The translations under genes were made by a program, and so were the position numbers. Source: Callorhinchus milii (Eukaryota). Taken from it: a stretch of 64,000 nt of DNA. Every line of letters starts with the position of its first letter. The stretch's first letter is position 1. The stretch spans positions 12,586,001 through 12,650,000 of the forward strand of contig NW_024704756.1 in NCBI RefSeq assembly GCF_018977255.1, in the 5' to 3' direction. A model generated the notes under the pieces. That model did no database searches, was not told the origin of the DNA, and saw only the letters and a program-made list of their open reading frames with translations. Below are positions 1 to 11,374 of the stretch, one piece after another.

Positions 1-1436
1 CCACCGTTGAATGGATAGTTTCTATGGATATTTTTTGACACCATTCCTGTATATTGATATTGGTCTTTGGCTGATTTTCTTTGCAATGTACATACATGTT
101 TTTTTACAAAAAAAGAAACAGTAGCTGAAGGTGGTTAGGGGTGCTGGAGCTCACGCCAATTAAGAGAAGAGCTGACCATCTCCCTTCGTCTCAGCTCTGT
201 CAATCCTCAGTCAAACCACAGGATGGAGACGTTACACTGAAACCCAAATGAAATGAGTCTGTTTGACTCATTTGTCCGGTTCTGATCCTGCAACCAGCAG
301 GATTAATCAATCCTCTGCTTGGCTGAAGACCTTCCTTTTACGGTTATCTCCTCCTTCTCCCCACCACAAACCCCCCCACCTCCACACACCCCCCCCCACC
401 CCGCCCGGCTCAGCATCAGCCGCCGCCACTGTTTGAACGCTCTGCGACACTATCCCGTGCGAAGGGCTGTTATATAAACCCAAGTCGTTGTTGTTGTCGT
501 TGTTGACTGCTCGGCCGAGCGTGTAAGGAGGAGCTGTCGAATGGTTTTGCTTTCGGAAGAAACACATTTTTAAAAAAAAAAAAAGAATTATCGACCGGTT
601 TTAAGAGTTCAGTTCTTTCGAAGTTGAATTTCAATTCCCAGTTAAATTGGAGAGGAGAAATTGGGGGGGGGGGGGGGTGGTGGTGGGGTGGAAGGAAAAC
701 CTATGCATTTATTTTATTCCTCGCCTGTGCCTGACCTTTTCAATGGGAGTTGCGTGTGTAAAGCAATACGTCTCGAAGTTTTTTTTTTGTTTGACCCAAT
801 TCTTACACCCAGGTTATACAACAGTCGCTGCATAATAGGGTATGACACGATGCCAGACTAGATCATGCCTTATACAACACGCCCTGCTCCGCTAGCCTCA
901 ATACAACACTATTCCTCAACAAGCACTTTTGCTGGAAACATAATCCCCCCCCCCCCCCCCGCCCACCCCCCCACACTTTTGCATTTTGTGTTTAACACCA
1001 TCAGTGCTTTTAGTCTGGAAACCATATTAATACTGTCATTCTGACGCTTTCTTTCTTTTTTTTTTGGTTTCTTTCTGTCTGTCTCTCTTTTCTCTCCATC
1101 TGTCCCATAATGAGGGCTTGGGGTTGGGGGTGGGGGGGGGGCAATATATTTTATTTTCAAAAGCAAAACACACACACACACCAACAATTTGCACCTTGCA
1201 GACCAACAACTTCCAAAGCGAGTTGCACATCAAATCATTGCTGTACCCCCTTATCTACACCCCCTCCACCCCCCACCCCCAGACCCCACTACTCCCCCCC
1301 CCCCCCCACCACAGGCGCAGTTTGGAGACAGGAGAAAGACACCGACCCGCAACGTACGCGTTATATTATTATTGGGGGGGGGGGCGCATTCTTGCGATAG
1401 ACGAGCGAAACCACAACAAGCGCCCAAAATAATAAA

Positions 1437-2195
1437 CACACACACAGCCCCCCCCCCCACACACACAGCCCCCCCCACACACACAGCCCCCCCCCCACCC
1501 CCCCACACACACACAGCACTACCCCCACCACAGCCCCAGCTCCCCCCCCACCCACAGCTCCCCCCCAAACCACAGCCCCCCCCACACACAGCACTCCCCC
1601 CACACAGCCCCAGCCCCCCCCACACACAGCACTCCCCCCCACACAGCCCCAGCCCCCCCACACACAGCACTCCCCCCACACAGCCCCAGCCCCCCCCACC
1701 CCACAGCCCCCCCCCACACAGCACTCCCCCCACACAGCCCCAGCCCCCCCCACACACAGCACTCCCCCCCACACAGCCCCAGCCCCCCCCACCCCACAGC
1801 CCCCCCCACACAGCACTCCCCCCCCACAGCCCCAGCCCCCCCCCACAGCCCCAGCCCCCCCCACACATAGCAATACCCCCCACACAGCCCCAGCTCCCCC
1901 CCCACCCCACAGCTCCCCCCAAACCACAGTCCCCCCCAAACCACAGCACTCCCCCCCCACCCAGCTCCCCCGCCACCCCACCAGCCCCCACACAGCCCCA
2001 CCACCCACAGCCCCCCCCCCACACACACAGCCCCCCCCACACAGCCCCCCCCCCCACAGCCCCAGCCCCCCCCCCCCACAGCCCCACCACCCCCCCCACA
2101 CACACACAAACCCCCACCCACAGCCCCAGACCCCCAACCCACAGCCCCCCCCCACACACAGACCCCCCGCACACAGCCCCCCCCCCCCCTCTCCC
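1437..2195. repeat. C-rich degenerate minisatellite (CACACAGC[ACT/CCCAG]CCCCCC units) in LONRF intron
   Basis: Dozens of visible cacacagc/cacagcccc units separated by C-runs; produces spurious Pro/Gly ORFs. Confidence 0.95.
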
Positions 2196-2212
2196 CCCCG
2201 GAGCGCCGTTAC

Positions 2213-3002
2213 CTAACGCGATGGCTTGGTTGTACTTGTGGAGGGCGGCGCGGGGCTGTTTGGTTCTGTACAGAGCGTTGCCCTCGTATCTGTATCCCAG
2301 AGCTCTGGTTTCCGACGGGAACCACTTGGTCAACAAACTGCTGATGACCACATTGGTTTTGTACGCGTCCATCTCAGCCACATCTCCCCCGGGCGGCGGG
2401 TGCTTCTCCTCCTCCTCTCTCTTCTTCTTCTCCTCCTCCTCCTCTTCCTCCTTCTTCTTCTTCTTCTCCTCCTCCTCCTTCTTCTCCTTCTCCTCTTCCT
2501 CCCCCCCCTCTTGGCAAAGTTTGCAGGGGGTCGGCTTGTCCCCGGCCTCCCGCTCCCTCTCCCTCTCCAGGCAGTGTTTGCAGAAGCTGTGGCCGCACCA
2601 GAGAGTGACCGGTTCGTACAGCATCCCCGAGCACATGCCGCACGCCAGCACCGGGCAGGCGGGGGGAGGGGGAGGGGGAGGGAGAGGGGGGTCCTGGTGC
2701 CTGGACCCCCAGCCCTGACTCCTCCCGACGCTCCCGGCCAAGCAGCTGACCAGCCAGTCCAGCTGCTGGGGTCCGAGCCTCCGGCGCCCGGAGTCCGGCC
2801 GGTGGCCCCCCGCCAGGGCTCGGCTCAGGCGGTCCGCCATGGCCAAGGCAGTCGACTTGTCTTGGGGTCCGGGTCCGGGGGTGGGGGGGGGGGGGGTGTG
2901 TGAGGAGGGGTGGGGGGGGGGGGGCTGCCACCTCTGGAGGATCTCCAGGGCCAGCGGGCGGTGCCTGGCTCTGCTCTGCTCTGCTGCGCACTCCAGCAAC
3001 AC
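2213..3002 (-). CDS. LONRF3: LON peptidase N-terminal domain and RING finger protein (LONRF3-like), first coding exon; remainder of gene lies left of the window
   Basis: Encodes a C3HC4 RING (CGMCSGMLYEPVTLWCGHSFCKHC...CKLC), then YKTNVVISSLLTKWFP and a TPR start EGNALYRTKQPRAALHKYNQAIAL, matching LONRF exon 1. Phase-1 donor G|GTAAC at 2213/2212. First ATG at 2840; frame is open up to TAA at 3090-3092, so the 5' boundary (3002, GTG) is uncertain. Paralogue assignment (3 vs 1/2) from recalled similarity and X-type neighbours. Confidence 0.8.
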
Positions 3003-3043
3003 GTCCCTTGTCCCTGTCCTGGGAGCTCGGGGTTGGGTTGTGT

Positions 3044-3080
<37 letters not shown>

Positions 3081-3165
3081 TTGTTTTATTTAAACCAACT
3101 CACAAACACACACACACCCCCCCCACACACACACACACACCCCCCACACACACACCCCCCCCCCC
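3044..3165. repeat. (CT)n(GT)n and (CA)n/C-run microsatellites
   Basis: Direct reading. Confidence 0.9.
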
Positions 3166-4809
3166 AAGAAAAACAAACGCTGTCAAACTGATCCCTCCAA
3201 CCCAACCAAGACGACTCTCATCGTGTGGCTCCCGAGTGCTTCTTTTATTACCCACTCCCAGTGCAAAAGAGGGGAACCCCCCCCCCCTCCCCTCCCCCAC
3301 ACTCCACACCCCCCCCCCACCCCACCCCACACCCCTTACAGACACCGTTAACCTCCCCCCACCCCTAAAAAAAAGTGTTATATAAAACATCACATGACGT
3401 TTCTGCCTTAGATCCCATTGGCCTGACTCAGACTGTTACAAAACCAGCAACTTCTGAAACATTATATTGTTTGGAGGTTTTTTTTGGGGGGGGGTGGGTG
3501 GGGGTGGGGGGTTTTGGGGGAGGGGTTGAATTATTGGGGGTTTATGTAGTCCTGTTTCTGTGATTGCAACTGACTGCGTTTTTCAGCAATTGCACACGTT
3601 GAGAGAGGGAGTGAGAGAGAGAGAGAGAAAGGAGGGAGAGGAGAAGGGGGGGAGAGTAGGGGTTGTGTGGGTGGGTGGGTGGGGGTGGGGGGGTTTGCAG
3701 GACAGATCACAAGCTGAAATGTACAGTGCAACCTTTTTGATTTCTTTTTAATTTCTTGCGTCGTCTGCCCGAAGTCGTCGGATTGGAATGCAACTCAGAG
3801 CCAAGTGAAATCGGCAACAAATGACTCGCGTTATTAACACAACAATAACTTGCATTTATATGACCGATACAATTGTTGATATCGCCTTTCGTTGCATAAA
3901 ACCATTATTTTTTCGGGGGACGGGGGGGAATTGCTACGTTTCCAGTCATTTTTGAGTTTGATGTGAACACTGAAGCACTCAAACGCTGAGATATGTTTAC
4001 AACTCATATTTCGTGACTTTGACCTACACACTCTTTTAAGCATTTTATGTTCTTTTTGGTTTTCGTACAAAAAAAAGGACATGTAACTGTTACAGCACCT
4101 CCTCTGTAATAAATATCCTTTTTTTGTTTTTGCAGGTCACCTGAATGAAAACCAAAAAGACTTAAAAGTTTAGACTTTTGGGTGGGCTGCGCATAGCTAC
4201 CACGATCAGTGACATAAGATGTCTTTATTTTTCTGGGCCATTTGCGCGAGGTTGGACTAATGCATTCTAATGTATACACGTCTTGTGTAATGCATTGCTC
4301 CGTGCTACTTTACATAAAATATTTTATAATTCTGCTCGAACTTCCTGTGGACAACCTGAATGTTATTTCCTCCCCCCCCCCCGCAGAATTGAACACGAGT
4401 TTAATTCTCTTCAAATAATTGCTGTATCCATCTGACCTGTCAAATAATCTCCAGAACAGACTTTGTTCTGAATGTCCTGTGTTCAAGCTGTGTCATTCTA
4501 TGTAATTCCTCAAGCAGGAAAGAATAAGTAGACAACAGTTTTTCCCCCACTCTAAATGAAACTGTTACATCATCTTCTGACCACTGCTTTAAATAAACAT
4601 GAAAAAGACAGCTTCACACAAACTAAATATCTGTAAAAGCAATCTATTGTTTTAATCGTGGAGAGTCAAAACCCTCACCTTAAGATTTAACTTAGGGAAT
4701 TAGTTATATAACAAATGGTTACCTAACTGAAAATAAGTTACATAAACTTTTAACATTACAAGTCACGTACATTTTAAAGTGTTTGTAAGCCATGTGTATT
4801 CAATTAGGT

Positions 4810-5027
4810 TTACGCCCCTAAACTATTGAACACACTTCCTCAATCCCTCCGCCTTGCCCCCCCCACCACCCTCTCCTTTTTGAACTCCTGCCTGAAAACC
4901 TTCCTTTTCGACCTTGCTTACGGTCACCTCCCCCCCTCCCCCGGCTTGGACTCAGGCTCCGCCACTGTTAAGCGCTCTGAGATGCTACCCTGTGTTGAGG
5001 GCGCTATATAAGGGCAAGTTGTTGTTG
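4810..5027 (+). mobile_element. L2-type LINE 3' fragment
   Basis: Degenerate ORF2 C-terminus (NTLPQSLRLAP...FLNSCLKTFLFDLAY), then 3' tail gcgctctgagatgctaccctgtgttgagggcgctatata...(TTG)n. Confidence 0.75.
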
Positions 5028-5329
5028 TAGGTTTATCATGGCTGAAAAGATGTTCGCATCATCTGCAGTTGATCAAGGATAGGCAGCTTTTCCAAGGAGA
5101 AAGCAGTTGCTGCCATTACAAGTCTGTCTGTTCCGGTGGACCTTAAAAAAACTCCTTACACTATTTGAAAAGAGGACTTTCTCCAAGTATCTTGGCCAAC
5201 AATCCTACACATTACAGCATTTACTTCATGGCTGTTTGTGTTACCTTTCTGGTTTGCCACAAAAATATTCGACTGCCCTCGGCATTAGTTTCCTGTCAAG
5301 GACTTATAATATTGCAAGTCTTCTTTAAA

Positions 5330-5712
5330 CTTTGAGACATGAGGTAATTAATTAGACCAATTAACCTGGAGGATTTTCGACCAGGACACCAGGATAAATT
5401 CCTTTTGTGTTTTCAAATAGTTTCATGGGCTTTCGCGTTTCGCCCACAAAATAGTCAATTCACTTTACAGTATATTCTGTGAAGCGCTTTGAGGTGTCTC
5501 GGAGATGTGATCAGGCACTATATCAAATGCAGATTATTATTATTAAACATTTGGGAAATGGGTCCTCAGTTTTAACCTTAATTTTGAAAAAAAAGCACCT
5601 CCAGCTATGAAGCAGTTTCGATGCTGCATTGGAGTATCAGCCTATGCTATGACCAGTGTATGGTAAGAACCCACAGCCTTCTGACCGAGGCGAGTGCTAG
5701 CAACTGAGCAAA
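5330..5712. mobile_element. SINE fragments (plus-strand 3' tail 5452-5545; minus-strand tRNA/Deu-SINE head ~5545-5712)
   Basis: Tail agtcaattcactttacagtatattctgtgaagcgctttg...(TTA)n recurs many times in the window; reverse complement of 5670-5710 gives gctcagttgctagcactcgcctcggtcagaaggctgtgggttc, like the head at 35552. Confidence 0.65.
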
Positions 5713-6544
5713 GCGGGCAGATACCTTGTCCAGAACAGTATTAATAGAGGAGGCAATAAAGGTGCAGTGAAAGTGAGATGAAGGCTGGAGGCAAGAGCAA
5801 GATCCTTTTACACCGTTTTTCTCTGTAACCTGTATAAGAGTGCAAGAATTGTTTCAAGAAGCTGCCCAGCTATGATGTAGTTTTCCAGTCTTGCAGAGGC
5901 TTGTGCTTGCCAACGAGCTGATGTTTTTGAGGAGGAAAGATGTGTTTCAAACAATGAGGGTCAAGTTGTCAAAGTCTAGGAATGAAGTACAGGTATGAAC
6001 ATGTAGTGAAGTTACAATTGAATTCCTTTTGATAGCTGACCACGCCTAAAAGACTCACTACTAAGCTCATTCAAAGAATATATGCAAAGAATGGCCATTT
6101 CAACCAATTGTACCAATAGACTAAAGTAAGTTAGTAGAAGACATTTTTTTCCAGCCAGTGGCAACAGATGAGTTTTAAGTGGGCCTTAGACCAGACATTA
6201 CTTACAGATTTCGGATGAGTAAGGGAAACGGAAGAGAAAACAAAAATAGTCACGATAGATTTCCTTGATAAATTATTCCCGTTTTATTGCATATAAAGTG
6301 GAAAGAACAATTTGAATCCTTTACTGTGCATCATATTATGAGTAGAATAGCTTCAAAAAACAAAAATGAACAGTGGAATAAAATAAGCTCCAAGGTGACA
6401 TGTTTGGCAAGGAATGTTAGAATCGACCCCACCCTCTATGGCAGTCCCTGTGGTCTGGTTACTGAGCCAGGTAAGGTCCACAGAACCCCAGGGCACTGCT
6501 AGTGATAACACAGCCTAGTTGGCTCACGTCGGCAGTCCTGACAC

Positions 6545-6855
6545 TGTTCCACTCATTTCCCGTTAACGCTGCAAGCCAAAGCCCTAACAGGTAGTGTGGT
6601 CCTAACTGGACAAGCAGCAGGAAAGCTTGCCAGACAACACTATCAATGGCAGCTATGCAGTTTTAGCTGGTTAGACTGCAACAGCATTGCACACCCCAAG
6701 CCTTATTTTTTGCCAACCTGTGACTAATACTTTCTGGAATTAGGTAAGCAGTATGAGTCTCTCCAGGGAGAGTGCACATTTCCCATCCCAATAAATATCT
6801 TTGGAATTTCCCTGTACAGATGGGATGCATGGAACTTTCAGTTGGATTTGGAGAC
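6545..6855 (-). repeat. Unclassified dispersed repeat, copy A (pairs with 44977-45300)
   Basis: Reverse complement aligns by eye over ~300 bp with 44977-45300 (e.g. ggcaagctttcc...tgtccag.taggac...cctgttagg.ctttggcttgcag.gtta). Confidence 0.75.
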
Positions 6856-7259
6856 ACTTAAGCAAGGTGATGGTTTCCGCAATGTGTCAGGCATTCGGTT
6901 GAGTAAATAAAAATGTGCAAGCATTTCAAGCCAACAACCAGAAAGTGTAGGGCATGGCTAACATGTAGAAATGGCAAAATGACCCAACTTGTGCCACAGA
7001 GACTCTGAAAGTACATCAATAGATGTACCTTGATCTTCTGTGCAAAAATATTTTTAATCTAATAATTTTAGAAATAAATATGAATGTTGAAACCACAATT
7101 GGTCCTCGGAACATGTATGCCTCAAAATGATTAAAGTTTATATGTTTTGCAGCTTTAACAAATATATACAGTATATTTTAATGGCTACAAGTGAGTTCCT
7201 GATTAAAGATATTAATCACGACTTTAAAGGTTTATTAGAAAAAACTTTGTGAAAAAAAA

Positions 7260-7361
7260 TTAATCTTGAATTTTCAGAATGCTTCTTTTTTCCAAATCAT
7301 TCATTTCTTTAAGGATAAGTGCAACATTATATCTCAATTCCTGGAACTTCACCACTGGTAC
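7260..7361 (-). CDS. COMMD5: COMMD5 coding exon 7 (last): VPVVKFQELRYNVALILKEMNDLEKRSILKIQD*
   Basis: tttcag acceptor, phase 0, TAA at 7262-7260; C-terminal end of the COMM domain; AATAAA on minus at 7231-7236. Confidence 0.93.
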   Translation of the reverse strand, partial: VPVVKFQELRYNVALILKEMNDLEKRSILKIQD

Positions 7362-7959
7362 CTGAAAATAAAGCACAAAAAACTAGTGAACTGAACATAT
7401 AAGCGAACACAAGAAACTCACTAATTTTGCTTCAAAGCCTTCTGTGTACATTGAGATTAGCTCATTGCAAGTGTAACAAGACCCCATTAATTCAAAAAAT
7501 TAACAGAATATGAGAAATAAGTAAAAGGAGAATGAGCAAACTAGGTAAGAAGTTTATTTCAGTTGCTTAATGTTCAGTCATTTCGCCCATAAAACAGTTA
7601 ATTCACTTTACAGTATATTCTATGAAGTGCTTTGAGACATCTCAAAAATGTAATAAGGAGCTATATTAAATGCAATAATTATTAATTAGCTACTTCTGAT
7701 GTTTGAGAAGCTTTATTGCTGTAATATTTAACATTGGTTGGTATTAAGTCCTGGTATTAAATTCTTTGCTTCAGTTATTGAGTAGTTCAGATATTTTTTC
7801 CTGGAGGAATGCATGTTTGCTCTGTATTGGCAATTTCCAACATTTAATTTGTATGTGAAACATGCTTAGTTTTGCAGAGTTGCTTAAAAAACCCCTCCAA
7901 TGAACAGAAGTGGAATAGGTCTTTGTAGGCTTCACTAATCACTGTCTATTAAATAATCT

Positions 7960-8495
7960 TTCCCATTTCTACTTTATACATTTAAATCAGCTTTCAATCC
8001 AATTAGCTAATTTACCATTAATTGCATAAACCCTAATCTTCATTATAAGGCTCAAATGGTAACACGAGGGCAACAATTCCCTCAAGTGGCATTGCTCCAA
8101 GTAGATATTAGCTTCCTTCCAACTGCATCTGGCCATTGAATGAACAATACACAGTAATTCAATTAATTTTTTTCCACATTGATTATTGAAAGAGTATAGC
8201 ACAGTTACATAAAGGAAACATATATATGTAGCAGTGCTTTGCAATGCACAAACAAACACCATAAGTGCTTGAGCCAATATCATCTGAGCTGTCACGAGAA
8301 GCATTAATGCTCTGATACAAAGATAGATGTACAACTGTGAGGGAGATGCATACAAGGCTACATGAGGGAGAGGGGAATAGAGGGGTATGTCTGGGAGAGG
8401 GGATAGTGAGGGGCAGTGACTCGTGGAGTATAAATACTGGCACTGACTATTTGAATTGAATGGTCGTTTCTGTGCTGTATCAGTCTATGTAACCA
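7960..8495. mobile_element. CR1-type LINE fragments
   Basis: Minus-strand SLIMKIRVYAINGKLANWIES resembles the CR1 RT segment (KIRAHGI.GK...WIENWL); 8420-8495 resembles a CR1-type 3' tail (gaatggtcgtttctgtgctgtatcagtctatgtaa). Confidence 0.5.
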
Positions 8496-9658
8496 GAATA
8501 TAAGTGTTTGACAAAACACTAGAGAACAAATACCAGATGACAGATTGCCCTACAACTAAAACATGATTGATATTATGTCATGTGACAATTACACAATTCC
8601 ATGGAATTTTACAGGAACTGATATTACTTATATAATTTTTACTGAGAACCCTAAGGAATGGGCCGAAGTCCATAGTGCAATGCACTGTATAGGATTAAAA
8701 AACAGGTAGCAGGATAACAAGAACTGCTTAGGAAACACCAAGATTGGGGATTAAATGACTGTAAATTACATGAGGATTTAGTTTAGGAACCAATTTCATA
8801 CAATGCTTGTTTAAAAAAAATCACAATCTCTGCAAATACAAACACTGAGTGACTGGAAATAAAACAGTTTCAGAACAATGCTTTTTTCCTGCAGTATGGC
8901 CAACAATGCACTATCTATCTTCTCTCCATTCAATCCCCTTAATTTGGGTTTATTTATTTAAAAACAACAACAAAATTACAAGTCTTTCATTTTGTATTTC
9001 TGCAATACTCTTTATCCTTGTTCTTTATTAATCTTATGCTGCTGCTGTCCTGACTCTCTTGGCACCACCTCGCTTTTGTTTGTCCCTTAATAAATACATC
9101 ACAGCATTCAACAGATTAAACAAATGTGTCAATTTTATCACCAGGCATTGGGCTTGCTTTCAAAATATAGCACCAATTTTTTTCATCACTCTTTCATCTC
9201 ATTTTTCTTTCCTCTCCTTTCTTCCACTTCAATTTCTTTTATCCTTTGTACCCCCAAAACATTGTTCTTCAATCCTGGAGATATTCCATAGTATAAGTCA
9301 GCAAGATTGAACTCAATCAAATGCATATGGGATCTAACAGACCAATTGTAAAATGACATCAGCCATGCTAAACCCTACATGATAGAAATACGTAATCTGT
9401 TTCCAGTAATGAGCTCCAAGACTTCTCTTGGGCATCTTGCCCAAGGCATCCAGTATGAGCAGCACTGCCAAGGTCAGTAACAGAAATTACCCATCACACT
9501 TCCTGAATAGTTGCAGATGTGGCTTGAACACAAGCAACAACCGTCCTGGGCCCACCCAAAGATCCCAAAGCACAAGACCGGAAACAATGAAAAGGCACAT
9601 GCTGTTGCTGTCATTCACATGACTTAAGATTAATCCACAACGCGCTGCAAATACTTAC

Positions 9659-9734
9659 TTCAAAACGATGAACATTGCCATCAGATAGCTTTAATTGCAT
9701 CAGTATAGAAGGCTGTAGTGCACGAGCCAAAGAG
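9659..9734 (-). CDS. COMMD5: COMMD5 coding exon 6: (S)SLARALQPSILMQLKLSDGNVHRFE
   Basis: ttgcag acceptor, GTAAGT donor, 76 nt, phases 2 to 0; COMM-domain motif. Confidence 0.93.
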
Positions 9735-10408
9735 CTGCAAACAGAAAATTTGTGTCAATGCAAAAGGAGAAAATCTAATTTGTTAAGCACTTCCTCCGAT
9801 TAGGATCACTGCGCAAGAAACAAATATCAATACCAAGTTGGCTGAGTGTTGCCCCATATAAAGGTTAGATCATAAGTTTGGATAAGTTCTATTTACCATC
9901 CTAGGTTGTCAATTACACCAATTGCTATTTGTGCTATGGCTTTTAATAATACCATGAATATTATAATTCACGACTGTGGCCAACAGGGTTTTGAGTTATC
10001 CAGATGAATCACAGATGGCAGTTATTTTTAAAGACAACTTTGCACCATGCAGGATACCAGAGAGAATAGAGGCAGACTTTGATCATGTACATAATCATAA
10101 TACCCTTGCATTACATTTCTAAAGGGCACCACCTTCATAGTAAATATTTGGCAAACTTTTGTTTGTTTAAATATATACCATTATGTATGTACATTGTCCT
10201 ACCGCTTGCAAGGGACAGAAATGTCACATCTCCTACGTTCTATTTCCCAACTGCATTTTCTGTTCCAAACACTTCCATGGAGAATATTTAAGACTTGTAC
10301 TATCTTTTGCTGGTTGATCCTATACTACAGCAATCAAACAGCAGATGCCAATGCACATTCACATTCACTAAAATAAACAGAAAAATGATTCATATGGATA
10401 AAGTTTAC

Positions 10409-10504
10409 CTTGAAGAAATAGCTACATCAACTCGCCACCTAAAGTCTTCAATACCAGGCAATCGAGTTCCTTGCTGTAAAGCTGCAGCCTCCAGTACTGA
10501 ACGT
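10409..10504 (-). CDS. COMMD5: COMMD5 coding exon 5: (R)RSVLEAAALQQGTRLPGIEDFRWRVDVAISS
   Basis: AG/GT boundaries, 96 nt; contains COMM signature LP.I.DFRWRVDVAISS. Confidence 0.94.
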
Positions 10505-11019
10505 CTTAAAAAATACAAAAAGGATAATATTACGAAGTGTTTGAAATGATTAAACTACTACATTTTAAGCGACTATTTTGGCAACCAAAATCCGTCAAGT
10601 CTTAATAAAAAACTGTGATGACGAGGAGAAAGATTAAGGGCCTTATCATGTCTTTGAGACATCCCAAAGCACTTCACAGAATATACTGTAAAGTGAATCG
10701 ACTATATTTTGTGGGCGAAATGTAGCAGCCAATTGTGCACAGCAGTGTCCCACAAACAGTCGTGGATTGAGTGACCAATTTTACATTTTTTTTAATATTT
10801 AAGAGTAGGGAGTATTCATGTCCTAAAATGTCAAAAAGGATGAAAAAACAGAACTAAAAACAGAGAATATTTATACATATTCTTAGAAATTTTTATGCAA
10901 ATATTGATAGCATACTCTTCTTGTACGTTGCTGTTTTAAAAATATATTATTTGATAAAACAGCAATTCCATTTAAATCTAATTCTTATATCTCTATATCA
11001 CTATATATCAATATATCGT

Positions 11020-11210
11020 GGAGTCCTGTAGCTTAGCGGTTACAGCACTCGCCTCACAAGCGAGAGGACCTGGGTTCGATTTCCAAGCAGGGCAAAATAT
11101 TACGCAAGTTTCCCAACTCCACCCGCCTCTGTTTATCTAGTAGTAAGTAGATAACCGGTTGTTAATCGATTGGTGGATCGCTTTTCCGGGAGTAATAATC
11201 CCTTCAAAAA
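11020..11210 (+). mobile_element. tRNA-derived SINE 5' part
   Basis: A-box gtagcttagcggtta and B-box gggttcgatttcc; homologous to the head of the SINE at 37890. Confidence 0.7.
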
Positions 11211-11323
11211 AAATTAGAAAAATATTAACTGGCTTAAAATTCAAAATCCATTCTCTGGGAAATAATTATTGTTGTAACCCATATTAATATCAGCATTTGG
11301 GCAATTCATAATTATTAACTAAC

Positions 11324-11374
11324 CTGTTACCAAAAACAACACTGGCAAAGTCAGAAATAAATTCTTCTGGAATC
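11324..11374 (-). CDS. COMMD5: COMMD5 coding exon 4: (R)IPEEFISDFASVVFGN
   Basis: tttcag/GTTAGT, 51 nt, phases 2 to 2. Confidence 0.92.

Noticed and set aside
1189-2718. 509-aa Pro-rich plus-strand ORF and the Gly-rich C-terminal half of the 583-aa minus ORF
   Set aside because: Translation of a stop-free C-rich tandem repeat; the real LONRF exon ends at the donor at 2213.
11020-11095. tRNA gene
   Set aside because: Continues into SINE body sequence shared with the 37890 element; it is a SINE head.
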